In this document: positions 8,666 through 18,469 of the stretch, one piece after another
How the letters are laid out: every line of letters starts with the position of its first letter
Numbering within the stretch: the stretch's first letter is position 1
Source: an uncultured virus (IMG/VR IMGVR_UViG_3300050026_000393)
Lineage: Duplodnaviria; Heunggongvirae; Uroviricota; Caudoviricetes
Virus record (IMG/VR): IMGVR_UViG_3300050026_000393
DNA: 64,000 bases
Strand: one strand, 5' to 3'
Notes under the pieces: generated by a model
Database searches by the model: none
What the model saw: the letters and a program-made list of their open reading frames with translations, nothing else
Told to the model about the DNA's origin: nothing
Made by a program: the position numbers and the translations under genes

Positions 8666-9199
8666 ATGTATATAGATGATGTTATAAAAAACAACTTTCG
8701 CAGAACTAAGAACTTAGTGGGAATAGGTACGTCTTCCAAACAAGACCTTTGGAATGGAATCAAACTTGGCTCTGTTTTAGGCGGGGGACTTTCCTTAGGA
8801 CTTGCAACCTTGGAGGTAACTCGTGCCCAAAGAGGAGAAGTCGTTCCTACAATGTTAGGTGCTGGGTTAGGGTTAGTTTCTGCACCAGCTATATCCGCAG
8901 CGGTATCTGCATCTGTCGTAGGATTAGCATCTGCAATAGGATGTACTCCCCCAGGATTGGCAATTGCTTCAGGAATTGCGGCAATGTATTTAGATGTTGC
9001 TGTGGTTAGGGCTGCAAGAAGAGGAATTCGTTGTCTTACTGATTCAAATAAGGCATTAAGACATTTTGAAACCGGCGGTAACTATAATGACCGAGATGTT
9101 GTTAAAAAACTTAGGTATCAAGCTTTGTCAGAAATGTCAGGAGCAATTTCCAGCAACAGAAATCATCTTGGTATGGAAGCTTTAGCACTTCACAAATAA
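8666..9199 (+). CDS. Gly/Ala-rich membrane-interacting protein, possible internal/ejected virion protein
   Basis: LGSVLGGGLSLGL, MLGAGLGLVSA... long hydrophobic hairpin. Confidence 0.65.
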   Translation: MYIDDVIKNNFRRTKNLVGIGTSSKQDLWNGIKLGSVLGGGLSLGLATLEVTRAQRGEVVPTMLGAGLGLVSAPAISAAVSASVVGLASAIGCTPPGLAIASGIAAMYLDVAVVRAARRGIRCLTDSNKALRHFETGGNYNDRDVVKKLRYQALSEMSGAISSNRNHLGMEALALHK

Positions 9200-9218
9200 T
9201 ATTATAAAGGAAATAAAT

Positions 9219-9632
9219 ATGACTTTCAATCCGTTGTGGCCGAGAGCTGTCTTAAACACACCACATCCTATGTATGGAGCACTTCCTCCTGGTTTTGGAG
9301 TAGGCGATCTTCCTACGGCTTTTGAATCTGGTATTGCTGTATTTAACTCCGTAACTGGAAATCAAACCTCTGTTGCTATTGAAGTCGCTGCGAATGCAAT
9401 AGAACTTGCTGCTACATTCTCTGATAACCTAACTTCTTGCGATATACAGGTAAAGTTAGCAAGTGGAACTATATTTACCACATTTACAGGAGTAAATAAC
9501 CTTCGTCCGAACAATCTTTATGCGGGTTTTGCTGAACAACGAGCTTTATTAGGTGGAGGCGCACTCCAATTTGTGTTACTTAATTTTTCGGGTACTGGCA
9601 GTTTGTCCTTAATCGTAAGACGCACGGGTTAA
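9219..9632 (+). CDS. Hypothetical beta-rich (probable virion) protein
   Basis: 137 aa, AAGGA RBS. Confidence 0.65.
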   Translation: MTFNPLWPRAVLNTPHPMYGALPPGFGVGDLPTAFESGIAVFNSVTGNQTSVAIEVAANAIELAATFSDNLTSCDIQVKLASGTIFTTFTGVNNLRPNNLYAGFAEQRALLGGGALQFVLLNFSGTGSLSLIVRRTG

Positions 9633-9660
9633 CCCTCTTATTAACAACTTAGGTGTAAAA

Positions 9661-11760
9661 ATGAGTTTAGGTTTTATCTCCCTTGAGGAATTAACAAATA
9701 AACTTAGTCCTGAAGATAAAGAATTTTATTCAGATATTATAAAGCGGGACAAAATAAACACAGGCACTGATAGGGCAGGCATTCTTCGTAGAATGCAGTG
9801 CGATCAGTGTCAATCCTGTTTGTCTGAATATAAAAGTAAATTTCCGGGAAAATCATTTGGAATTAAATGTGTAGGTATATATGATCAGACAGATTATACT
9901 TTAATTCAAGAAGCTAGTCTTGCCAAAGGAGTAGATTCTACTTTGGAAGAAATTAGAGAAGTATATGACCCTGCTTTTTGGGCGGAAAAGCATATTATGT
10001 CAAAGACTAGTATTGGAGATATAGTTCCTTTTAAAGTTCGTTGGTATCAGGCTGAGGCTTTACGTTGTACTTCACCTAGAAAGGTAGACAGATGGGGAAG
10101 AGGTACGGGGAAAACTGCAGCAGCAGTTATTGAAGAATTGCACTTTTTATCTAGTAATAAAAACACAGAAGTATTAGTTCTATGTCCAAGTAAAAACCAG
10201 GCACAACTCTGGTGGGAAGAAATAAACTTTCAAATAGATAATTCTCCAAATAAAGAATTTGAGGTGCTTCAAAGTAAACAACAACCTGTATTCTTTTATT
10301 TATTTGCAAATGGAAGTAAGTTAAAAATATTTACAGCAGGATCTAAGTCGGGTAAGGGTGCTGACTCTATTCGTTCTCAATCTCCAAGACGTATTAGGTT
10401 AGAAGAGCAAGATTTTCTTTGCGAAGCAGACTATGCCGCGATTATGCCTTTGATGCGGCGGTTTCCAAATGTAACCTTTCACGGGTCTTCAACTCCTACA
10501 GGTAAACGAGGTATGTATTGGGAAATGTGTAAGAAGTTTCCTGACTACAAAGAAATATATCATCCTATAATGGATCATCCTGATTGGGGAACAGACACAT
10601 TAAATCAAGAAGTTTGCATGGCAGAAGCCAAAACTATTGACCATTATCGTCATGAGTGGTTAGCTGAATTTGGGGAACCTGATGCTGGTGTGTTTAAATC
10701 ATTATTTGTAGATGAAGCATTTACTCCTTATTCGTTAAAAACTTGTATGTACATACCTTCTAAAAGGTATGTTATGGGAGTTGATTGGAATGGAAAAGGA
10801 ACTGGAACGAGAATTGTCGTAACAGAGTATGATCCTGAATCAAAGAAGAGGAGGGTTGTTGCCCATGAAGTAATAGATGATGCAAGGGCTACAACACAGA
10901 AGTCTTTTGACAAGATAGTTTTCTTAAATAAAATGTGGCATTGTGACCACGTTTATGTTGATGCAGGTTTTGGTTTTGTACAAGATGAAATGCTTAAATT
11001 AATAGGAGTTCAGGCAGGTATTTATGATACGGATACTGCTAAATTAAAGTATATTAAAGTTATTGATTTTGGCGCGAACCTAGAAACAAACAAACTTGTA
11101 CCAAATAGAAATTCTGATTCAAAATATACAACTGAGGATAAAGATATTAGTATCAAAAGACGTACGAAACCGTTTATGGTTGAAGGCACTGTAATGGCCT
11201 TTGAAACAGGTTTGGTAGAGATAAGTAGGGAGTATACACTTCTAGAAGAACAATTAAGAGGATATAGGGTAAAAACTTGGACTAAAGGCGGAACAGCAGA
11301 TACTTATGCAACAGACAGTGATTCTGGTGATCATGATCTTGATGCTTTTATGCTTAGTATGCTGGGGATAGAGTTAAATTATGGTTTATGGCAAACTAAA
11401 GAAGCTGTCAGAAGATTAGTACAAATAGCACATACCGGTGGTTGGGGTGTTCCTTCTATTAATTTTGGGCAGAACAACTCTATTCCTAATTTTTCTAAAG
11501 AAGTTGAAAACACACCTAATATTGCTGATGTTAAAAAACAATTAAGTGGCATTCCTTCAAGAACAGAGAAAAGTTCTTTACAAGAACAGTATAGACTTCT
11601 TTATCTTTCACGAAACAGTTATATGGCGGCACCGGTTGACCCGGGAGGATCTTCTGGGAAAATACCTTCAAGAACAAGTGCCTTTAGCGGAACAAATAAG
11701 ACAGGAAGATCTGGTTTTAATTTTAGTTCTGGAAACTTTAATGGAAAAAGGTTTAATTAA
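9661..11760 (+). CDS. terL: Terminase large subunit
   Basis: Q motif RWYQAE, Walker A WGRGTGKT, variant Walker B RIRLEEQD, SSTPTG motif III, HEWLAEF, RNase H-like GVDWN and DHDLDA. Confidence 0.93.
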   Translation: MSLGFISLEELTNKLSPEDKEFYSDIIKRDKINTGTDRAGILRRMQCDQCQSCLSEYKSKFPGKSFGIKCVGIYDQTDYTLIQEASLAKGVDSTLEEIREVYDPAFWAEKHIMSKTSIGDIVPFKVRWYQAEALRCTSPRKVDRWGRGTGKTAAAVIEELHFLSSNKNTEVLVLCPSKNQAQLWWEEINFQIDNSPNKEFEVLQSKQQPVFFYLFANGSKLKIFTAGSKSGKGADSIRSQSPRRIRLEEQDFLCEADYAAIMPLMRRFPNVTFHGSSTPTGKRGMYWEMCKKFPDYKEIYHPIMDHPDWGTDTLNQEVCMAEAKTIDHYRHEWLAEFGEPDAGVFKSLFVDEAFTPYSLKTCMYIPSKRYVMGVDWNGKGTGTRIVVTEYDPESKKRRVVAHEVIDDARATTQKSFDKIVFLNKMWHCDHVYVDAGFGFVQDEMLKLIGVQAGIYDTDTAKLKYIKVIDFGANLETNKLVPNRNSDSKYTTEDKDISIKRRTKPFMVEGTVMAFETGLVEISREYTLLEEQLRGYRVKTWTKGGTADTYATDSDSGDHDLDAFMLSMLGIELNYGLWQTKEAVRRLVQIAHTGGWGVPSINFGQNNSIPNFSKEVENTPNIADVKKQLSGIPSRTEKSSLQEQYRLLYLSRNSYMAAPVDPGGSSGKIPSRTSAFSGTNKTGRSGFNFSSGNFNGKRFN

Positions 11761-12177
11761 ATGGTAACAAGTGGTTTAGTTCAGGATGGAATTGCTAGTG
11801 TAGTCGCTGCAAGTTATGACATTCCTTTATTGATATCAGTAATCCCTGTTGCTAGTAAATTTGCATTTCAGCAAGAACTTACATATAATGGAATTCTTTT
11901 TTGGTTAAAACAAAACTTCCTCTCTTTAGCAGATTTTGATTTAGAAATGTCTATATATTCGGCAGCAAATCCAACGCAACTTTCTGGTCCTATGGAAGCC
12001 ATAGCTTCACTCATTCCATTAAACGCTATAATATCTTCTGAAGTTTATGTAGATGTTAATATGGGGCCTGTGGGTTTGGCTTTCATGCAATTAATAGGAT
12101 TTAGTCAGACCTTTGCTGTTGATCCGAGTCAGTTATTATCCTCCACCGGTGAATCTGTTGTAGGTCAGAATACCTAA
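11761..12177 (+). CDS. Hypothetical (probable virion) protein
   Basis: 138 aa, abuts terL. Confidence 0.7.
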   Translation: MVTSGLVQDGIASVVAASYDIPLLISVIPVASKFAFQQELTYNGILFWLKQNFLSLADFDLEMSIYSAANPTQLSGPMEAIASLIPLNAIISSEVYVDVNMGPVGLAFMQLIGFSQTFAVDPSQLLSSTGESVVGQNT

Positions 12178-12178
12178 T

Positions 12179-13771
12179 ATGTCTTTTAAACCTTTTTCTT
12201 TTACATACAATCCGCCGTCTATAATAAATACACCTGCAGGAACTAGTACTGTTTTAAGTGCAATTCCTTCTAATACATCTTCTAATAACGCTTACTCTTC
12301 GTCAAATGCTGGGCAATTGATTGCCCAAGCATCTGCTTTACTGGAGACTAATCAATATCTCCAAACTGCGATTTTAGCACGAAGTCAGGGATTGGGTATA
12401 ACATTAGATACCAACATTAACCCTGAAATAGGACAAGCTTTTTCAACACTTTATCCAGGACTTCCTGTCCCTTCTCTTATTACAATAAACATGTATAATA
12501 GGATTTTAGACGCAGAGTTTGGAGCAATGCAAATAAAATCGGGGCTTGGAACCGGAAATGCTTTGGAAGTGAATAGTTTTGAGTCTGGGTCGGTTTCTCA
12601 AATAAGTAGTTTTACTGAAACAGCCTTAATATCTTCAGGCAACTCTAATGCAACCTTACCTTTATTATTAAGAACGTTGAAGGGTGACACTGTCGTTCTA
12701 AACAATCTAACTTCCCAATTGTCAACCTATCCTGTAATAAGTTCTCCTGCCCCTACATCTCTTTCTCTTTCTAATACTAATCAAATATCACTTTCAGGAT
12801 TGGACATAAGTTCTGATCTTAATAACTCTTTATCAACCTCTTTAAACTCTTTACAAACTTCTTATGCCTCTGCTTATCAGTTAACTGCAGGAACTGGGAC
12901 TGTAGATCAAAACATAACTCCGGTAATCAGCGCCTGTATATCAATTCCTACCCCTGACTTGATTAGGATGTCGGCGTCATTAACGGCAACTTCTGGAAAT
13001 GTACACATACCTTCTCTTTCACAGTTGATGAAAGATCTTACAAGCTTGGTATTTATACAGTTAATTGCCGAAGCCGTCGGTTATCGTATTTTGGCGGACA
13101 AATATATTCAGTCTGTAATAATGCCTTTAAAAGGAAATACTTCAAGTGTTGGAGTAATAGTTTCTTTATTACAAGCCTTAGAATCAGTTTTTAAAGTTAA
13201 AACTAATGGATTAAGTGGGAGTTATTCACAAACATCAGGTCCGTTAAAAGGAATGTCTTTTGCTTATCAAAGCGGATTACCCACATCTCAGCAAGGGCCA
13301 ACTCCTCCTGTTTCGGTAAGTTCAACTAATCAAGGATTGTTAGCTCTTGCTGCACATATAAGTTTAGCAATACAAACATCTAATGATAGTGTAACTTCAT
13401 TAGATCTTTCGTTTAGTAAACTACTAAACAGAAAGATCATGGTCATGAATCAGATAATGGATGTTCAAGCAAGTTTGCAAGACTTAAATACTATTATAAA
13501 ATTAATTACATCTGTTATTTCGTACAATAAGTCTGGAAATTCTAATTCTGTTGGTATAACAAACTCTATAAATCCTATTCAAGGTGTAGGACAAATACTG
13601 TCTTCAATGACTTCTTCGTCTGGCGTTAATTACATAGCCTCGGATACTTCTATACAGGCTGTTCCTGCATCAATCCCCACGCCATCTATTTCTGTTCAAA
13701 ACAACTTAAAAGCTGGGGGAGCAAATATAATAACACCCTCCACATACGGGGTTTCTTCTAATGGCAATTAA
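12179..13771 (+). CDS. Ser-rich hypothetical virion protein
   Basis: 530 aa between terL and portal; helical C-terminal half. Confidence 0.7.
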   Translation: MSFKPFSFTYNPPSIINTPAGTSTVLSAIPSNTSSNNAYSSSNAGQLIAQASALLETNQYLQTAILARSQGLGITLDTNINPEIGQAFSTLYPGLPVPSLITINMYNRILDAEFGAMQIKSGLGTGNALEVNSFESGSVSQISSFTETALISSGNSNATLPLLLRTLKGDTVVLNNLTSQLSTYPVISSPAPTSLSLSNTNQISLSGLDISSDLNNSLSTSLNSLQTSYASAYQLTAGTGTVDQNITPVISACISIPTPDLIRMSASLTATSGNVHIPSLSQLMKDLTSLVFIQLIAEAVGYRILADKYIQSVIMPLKGNTSSVGVIVSLLQALESVFKVKTNGLSGSYSQTSGPLKGMSFAYQSGLPTSQQGPTPPVSVSSTNQGLLALAAHISLAIQTSNDSVTSLDLSFSKLLNRKIMVMNQIMDVQASLQDLNTIIKLITSVISYNKSGNSNSVGITNSINPIQGVGQILSSMTSSSGVNYIASDTSIQAVPASIPTPSISVQNNLKAGGANIITPSTYGVSSNGN

Positions 13772-15947
13772 AATCGTTCAAAAAGATTTACAACAGGAGC
13801 GTTTAGAAAGAGTTATCTCTTTTGTAGACGGACGTTCTAGTATTAAACCTTTTCCTTCACTCTCTAAAAATATTTCAGGATCTCCAATAGAGCCCAATTT
13901 AACAGGAATCAGAAACAGAACCTCCGGGTTTAAAAACGGAAAATTTCTTCCTTCAGAAGTTCCTACTAAAGACAGAAATATAAGTCAAAGTGTTTATGAC
14001 CTAGGATTCACCATTGAAGATGCTAAGAAGGCCGTAAAAGGCGACTTCTCAAAAATAAGAGTAGAAGAAGCAGAAGATTATCTGGGTACTTACTATATGT
14101 GGAATGGTACCTTGCAACCAGAATATGATATGAGGGAACCCCACTCAATTGTGGACACAGAGGTCTATCTTAAACAAACTATTTCTAGGAAATTAGCTTT
14201 GTCAAGTAGAGCTGGTTATAAGATAACCAGCGATGTTCCTGCAGATGTAGACTACATTCAGAAACGTATAGAATCTATAGAGTATGTGTCTGAAAGAGCA
14301 TTTAGTAACCTTATAAAAGGAATTCTTAGAAACTTGTTTCTCTGTTCTAACTGTTTCTTGTTAAAGATAAGAGATGAAAAAGCTTCCGGAATTAAAAAGA
14401 AAGATGGACAGAAGTCCCCTATCGGTGCTTATTCAATTATTCCTAGTCATACTGTCCATCCTTATTTGAAGCATGGAAAGATTGTAAAATGGAGACGCTT
14501 TTTTGATACGGGGATGCCTTACCAAGATATTCCATTAGAAGATATTATTCACTTTAAATGGGATGTTAAGCCCGGTCACATTTACGGGACGCCTAGGACT
14601 ATTGGTGTACGCGATGATATATTTGCTCTTAGAAGATTAGAAGAGAATGTTGAGTTATTATTTTTAAACCATTTATTTCCTTTATTTCACGTACAAGTAG
14701 GTACCCCAGAAGCTCCTTGTGTTTATGATGCTGGCGGGGAGTCTGAAATTGATTTAATCCGCTGGCAAATTGAAAATATGCCTAAAGAAGGCGTGTTTAT
14801 TACTGACGAACGTGTAAAAGTAGATGCAGTAGGTGCAGAAGGAAAATCTTTAGACTATACCCCCTTGATACAGCACTATAAACAAAGAATTTATGTAGGA
14901 CTAGGAATGTCTGCGCTAGATATGGGAGAGGGTGAGGGGTCTGGACGAGGAAATGCAGATAATATATCTCAAAATCTAAAGGACTCTATAAAGGCAGACT
15001 TAGACGAATTTGCCGAACAAATTCGTCTATTTATGTTTAAAGATTGGTTTCTAGAAGCAGGGCATTCTGTTTCTGTTCCAAAAGCCGTCGCCAGAATAAA
15101 ACTCTCTTTTCATGAAATTGATTTAGATACAAGAATTAAAGCTGAAACCCACACGATGTCTCTTTTTAATTCCCACTTGATAACGGAAACTGAAGCCAGA
15201 GATCGTATGATGTATAAGCCAATTCCAAAAGAAGAACAGAAAGATACTCATTTTGATCTTCATGTTGTTAGATTAGAAAAAGAAACTGCTACTGCAAAAG
15301 CAAATGCTACTATTAAAATAAATCAAGCTAATTTAGAAAATCAAGAAAAACTAGTGGAAAGTCAATTAAAACTTCACAAGTCTGAAGGAGACCTTTCAGA
15401 ACGTAAAACGGGACATAAAGAACGAGAACTAACCGCACGAGCACAACACCTACCTACTATCGCCAAAGCTAAAGTCGCTATGACAAATGCTAAAACAACA
15501 TTAGGAGCAGGAAAACCCCGTGGAGGGACAGAAAATAAAGCTACCCAGACTGCAGCTGAAGTGGGTAATAAGATGCGTCCGACAAATCAACATGGTTCTA
15601 ACCTAGGTCCTACTAAAGCAAAGTCAAGTAGAAGTTTATTCATAGATGATCTTAATACAGGATTAGCACTTTTAAAAGAAAGTCTTATAACTTACGATGG
15701 CTATTCGTCTGGAACTTTGGATAAACTTTGGCCTGAAGAAAGCGCTAATAAGGTTGATCAAGTAATAGAATCTTTTCAATCGCTTGAAATCAATGATTTA
15801 GATAACAAGGACTATACTAGTCAGATACGAGATAAAATTATAAGTTTGAAGGCATCCATTGCTCAAACAACTGATTTAGAACTCTTATCTGTATTAATAA
15901 ATAATGCTCTAGAAAACAATACAGAAGAGGAAGAAAATGCCGATTAG
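13761..15947 (+). CDS. Portal protein
   Basis: SNCFLLKIRD, EDIIHFKW...YGTPR...DDIFALRRLEENV, PLFHVQVG, LITETEARDRM; between terL and protease. Confidence 0.88.
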   Translation: MAIKIVQKDLQQERLERVISFVDGRSSIKPFPSLSKNISGSPIEPNLTGIRNRTSGFKNGKFLPSEVPTKDRNISQSVYDLGFTIEDAKKAVKGDFSKIRVEEAEDYLGTYYMWNGTLQPEYDMREPHSIVDTEVYLKQTISRKLALSSRAGYKITSDVPADVDYIQKRIESIEYVSERAFSNLIKGILRNLFLCSNCFLLKIRDEKASGIKKKDGQKSPIGAYSIIPSHTVHPYLKHGKIVKWRRFFDTGMPYQDIPLEDIIHFKWDVKPGHIYGTPRTIGVRDDIFALRRLEENVELLFLNHLFPLFHVQVGTPEAPCVYDAGGESEIDLIRWQIENMPKEGVFITDERVKVDAVGAEGKSLDYTPLIQHYKQRIYVGLGMSALDMGEGEGSGRGNADNISQNLKDSIKADLDEFAEQIRLFMFKDWFLEAGHSVSVPKAVARIKLSFHEIDLDTRIKAETHTMSLFNSHLITETEARDRMMYKPIPKEEQKDTHFDLHVVRLEKETATAKANATIKINQANLENQEKLVESQLKLHKSEGDLSERKTGHKERELTARAQHLPTIAKAKVAMTNAKTTLGAGKPRGGTENKATQTAAEVGNKMRPTNQHGSNLGPTKAKSSRSLFIDDLNTGLALLKESLITYDGYSSGTLDKLWPEESANKVDQVIESFQSLEINDLDNKDYTSQIRDKIISLKASIAQTTDLELLSVLINNALENNTEEEENAD

Positions 15948-16116
15948 CTCGCCTTTACCTATAAGAACTATTAACACAGCAAACGTTCAAAGAATTCCGT
16001 TAGAGACTGTTTTGCAAACGGGTTACCAGTCTATTGCTCAGGGAAACAGATCTAATGTGTCCCCTATACCACAAGGCGGATCCTTTTTATTAGAAATCCC
16101 CTTTCCAGCTTCCTAA
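15937..16116 (+). CDS. Small hypothetical protein (59 aa)
   Basis: MPISSPLPIRTINTANVQRIPLETVLQTGYQSIAQG...; GAGGA RBS; fills portal-protease gap. Confidence 0.6.
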   Translation: MPISSPLPIRTINTANVQRIPLETVLQTGYQSIAQGNRSNVSPIPQGGSFLLEIPFPAS

Positions 16117-16133
16117 GGAACTAAGGTTAATAA

Positions 16134-18446
16134 ATGTCAGATCGCCGCTGGTTAAAAATTAGAGACTTTTTAACGATAAAACCTATAGAGATCTCTGAAT
16201 TTAAGGATTATCTTAAAAATAAAGATGCTCAAGGAAGCAAAAGCCTTCTTCTTAGAGTTGCGGCCACTCATGCAGGAATAATAACAGGAAATAGAAAATT
16301 CTATCGTCCTGATTTTATGAGGGACTCAGCACATACCTGGATTCCTGCTAACAAACCCGCTCTTCCCGTTTTAAAAGGACATAATGAAGAAGGTGATGTC
16401 CTTGGACGGATTAGAGAACAGAAATATGTAGATGAGTCTTGGAAATGGACCAAAGAATATCCTCAATTACAGAATAGTTATTTTCTAAACCAGGATGGGG
16501 CTAAAAAATCCAATATTTATAAATCTATTGATTATATTACTGGAGTTGTTGCAAAGAATCCTAATTATTCTGGTTTAGGATATATAGAGTTGGGAATAGA
16601 ACTTACGAACCCCGACGCTATTGAAAAGGTTTTAAGAGAAGAATATCTTTGTGTTAGTGCTGGCGCGATAACAGATGAAGCAATATGTTCGATCTGTCAT
16701 ACAGATTGGGCATCTAACGATAAATGTGACCATTCTCCTGGTGAAATTATTGACGGAAAAAAGATGTTTCTTATTTCCGGTAGATTTAGATATGAAGAAC
16801 TTTCTTTTGTTAACTTCGGAGCAGATCCTTTCGCCGCCATCAAAGCAAAAGAGCTAAAAGATTCTCTGGAAAAAATGTTTTTTCTAGGACTTTCTTTAGG
16901 AGACCAAGACCTTGCGATTAAAAACGGTTTAAAAATTACGGACAGTCTTTATAGTTCAGATATTAAAATTAGTTATGAGGAAGTACCAATGAATATTGAT
17001 TTCTCTGCCTTAGAAGAAGATATTAAAGATGCTAATTTAACATCTGAAAAGGCTTTTACCCTTAAAGACGATTTGCAGAAATTAAAACCCGGGTCTGATG
17101 AAGATAAAAGTAAATTACGTGGATTAAAATCTACCCTGACGGCCAAGATTCGTCGTAATAACTGGGTTCAAGATTCTCAAGAAGAGAAGGTTGTTACCGA
17201 TGAAATGCAAACCTCTGTTGTTATTAATGATGCTGATCTTAATAATATTCTTGAGGAAGCCGATTCTGCTTTAACTTGTGAAGATGGGGTTTGTTCTTGG
17301 AAAGGTTTTACTCTTTCTGATGAAGATAACGAATTCTTTTCTAGTGAGGAAAAAGTCTATGACGAATTAGTTAAAGAATTAGAAGTTACTGCCTCTGGTG
17401 AAAAATTAACAGACAAAGTCCTAAGTACTGAAGCCCGAAACAAACTTGGCAAGGGTACTTTTTGCGGACCTGGTCGTAGTTTTCCTGTTCCAGACAAGGC
17501 TCACTATATTGCTGCATTACGTTTGTTAAACAGAGCAAAAGTTAGTCCTGAGACCAAGTCAAAAATCCATGCTTGTATTCTTCGTAAGGGTAAAGCAAAT
17601 GGATGGGTTAGCGAATCCAAAGATTCGTTAGAGACAAATACTGAACATAAGATCAGTGATGATCTTTCGGCATTAGCAATGCAAACTAAACTTAATGAGA
17701 ATGAAAAAGGGGATCCTGCCACTAATCCTACCTGTATACATTCTATCTTAGATTGTTATGACAAACTCAACACCCATCATGGCGATGCTGAAACGGATTT
17801 AAAATATAAAATTCATGATCTACACAATGCTTTGGGTGAAAAGTGGGGTAAAGATAGGTGGGTAGATTATGCTGCACAAACTCTTGCCAAACACAGTAAA
17901 GTAAAAGATTCTGTTTTGATATCAAAAGAAGATTTGGTATTAAAAGAAGAGGCTATTCTTAGTCTTACTGAAGAAGTAACTAGATTAAAAGATATGCTGG
18001 TAGTTAAAGACCGTTCTGTCGCTGCTTTCTTTAAAGACAGTAAGAGAAGTTTAGCTTCAGCAATTGTAATGCATAAAATTGTTTCTGGACACGATGGTTA
18101 TGTTGGTCTTTCTGCCGAACTTGTACAAGATAAGATTAATCAACTAGTAACCCGTAGAATTGAGTCTTTAAAAGACTCAATCTCTGATGTGTTTGTTGAA
18201 TTAAAGTGGAATAAAAAAGAACAACAGGCAGTTGTGGTAAAGAACATTGATTCTGCGACTACGACTACAATTGAAAACAACACCCGAATAGATGATGCGG
18301 CAGTTCTTAATCCAGGTGCCGAACCTTTAGCCGTTGATTTACGAGACAGTATAACCTTACAACAGGCTCTCAGTCATTATCAAGATGATCCAGTAAAAAT
18401 GGCAAAGATTCGTAAAATCTTTCTTGCTGAACTGGAAGGGAATTAA
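16134..18446 (+). CDS. Prohead protease fused to scaffold-like region
   Basis: ATHAG...N.KFY, PVLKGH, LGRI, VSAG, CSIC...CDH, ELSFVNFGADP; long acidic helical C-terminus; internal DUF6582-like segment. Confidence 0.85.
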   Translation: MSDRRWLKIRDFLTIKPIEISEFKDYLKNKDAQGSKSLLLRVAATHAGIITGNRKFYRPDFMRDSAHTWIPANKPALPVLKGHNEEGDVLGRIREQKYVDESWKWTKEYPQLQNSYFLNQDGAKKSNIYKSIDYITGVVAKNPNYSGLGYIELGIELTNPDAIEKVLREEYLCVSAGAITDEAICSICHTDWASNDKCDHSPGEIIDGKKMFLISGRFRYEELSFVNFGADPFAAIKAKELKDSLEKMFFLGLSLGDQDLAIKNGLKITDSLYSSDIKISYEEVPMNIDFSALEEDIKDANLTSEKAFTLKDDLQKLKPGSDEDKSKLRGLKSTLTAKIRRNNWVQDSQEEKVVTDEMQTSVVINDADLNNILEEADSALTCEDGVCSWKGFTLSDEDNEFFSSEEKVYDELVKELEVTASGEKLTDKVLSTEARNKLGKGTFCGPGRSFPVPDKAHYIAALRLLNRAKVSPETKSKIHACILRKGKANGWVSESKDSLETNTEHKISDDLSALAMQTKLNENEKGDPATNPTCIHSILDCYDKLNTHHGDAETDLKYKIHDLHNALGEKWGKDRWVDYAAQTLAKHSKVKDSVLISKEDLVLKEEAILSLTEEVTRLKDMLVVKDRSVAAFFKDSKRSLASAIVMHKIVSGHDGYVGLSAELVQDKINQLVTRRIESLKDSISDVFVELKWNKKEQQAVVVKNIDSATTTTIENNTRIDDAAVLNPGAEPLAVDLRDSITLQQALSHYQDDPVKMAKIRKIFLAELEGN

Positions 18447-18469
18447 ATAAAGTATTTGGAGATATCTAA

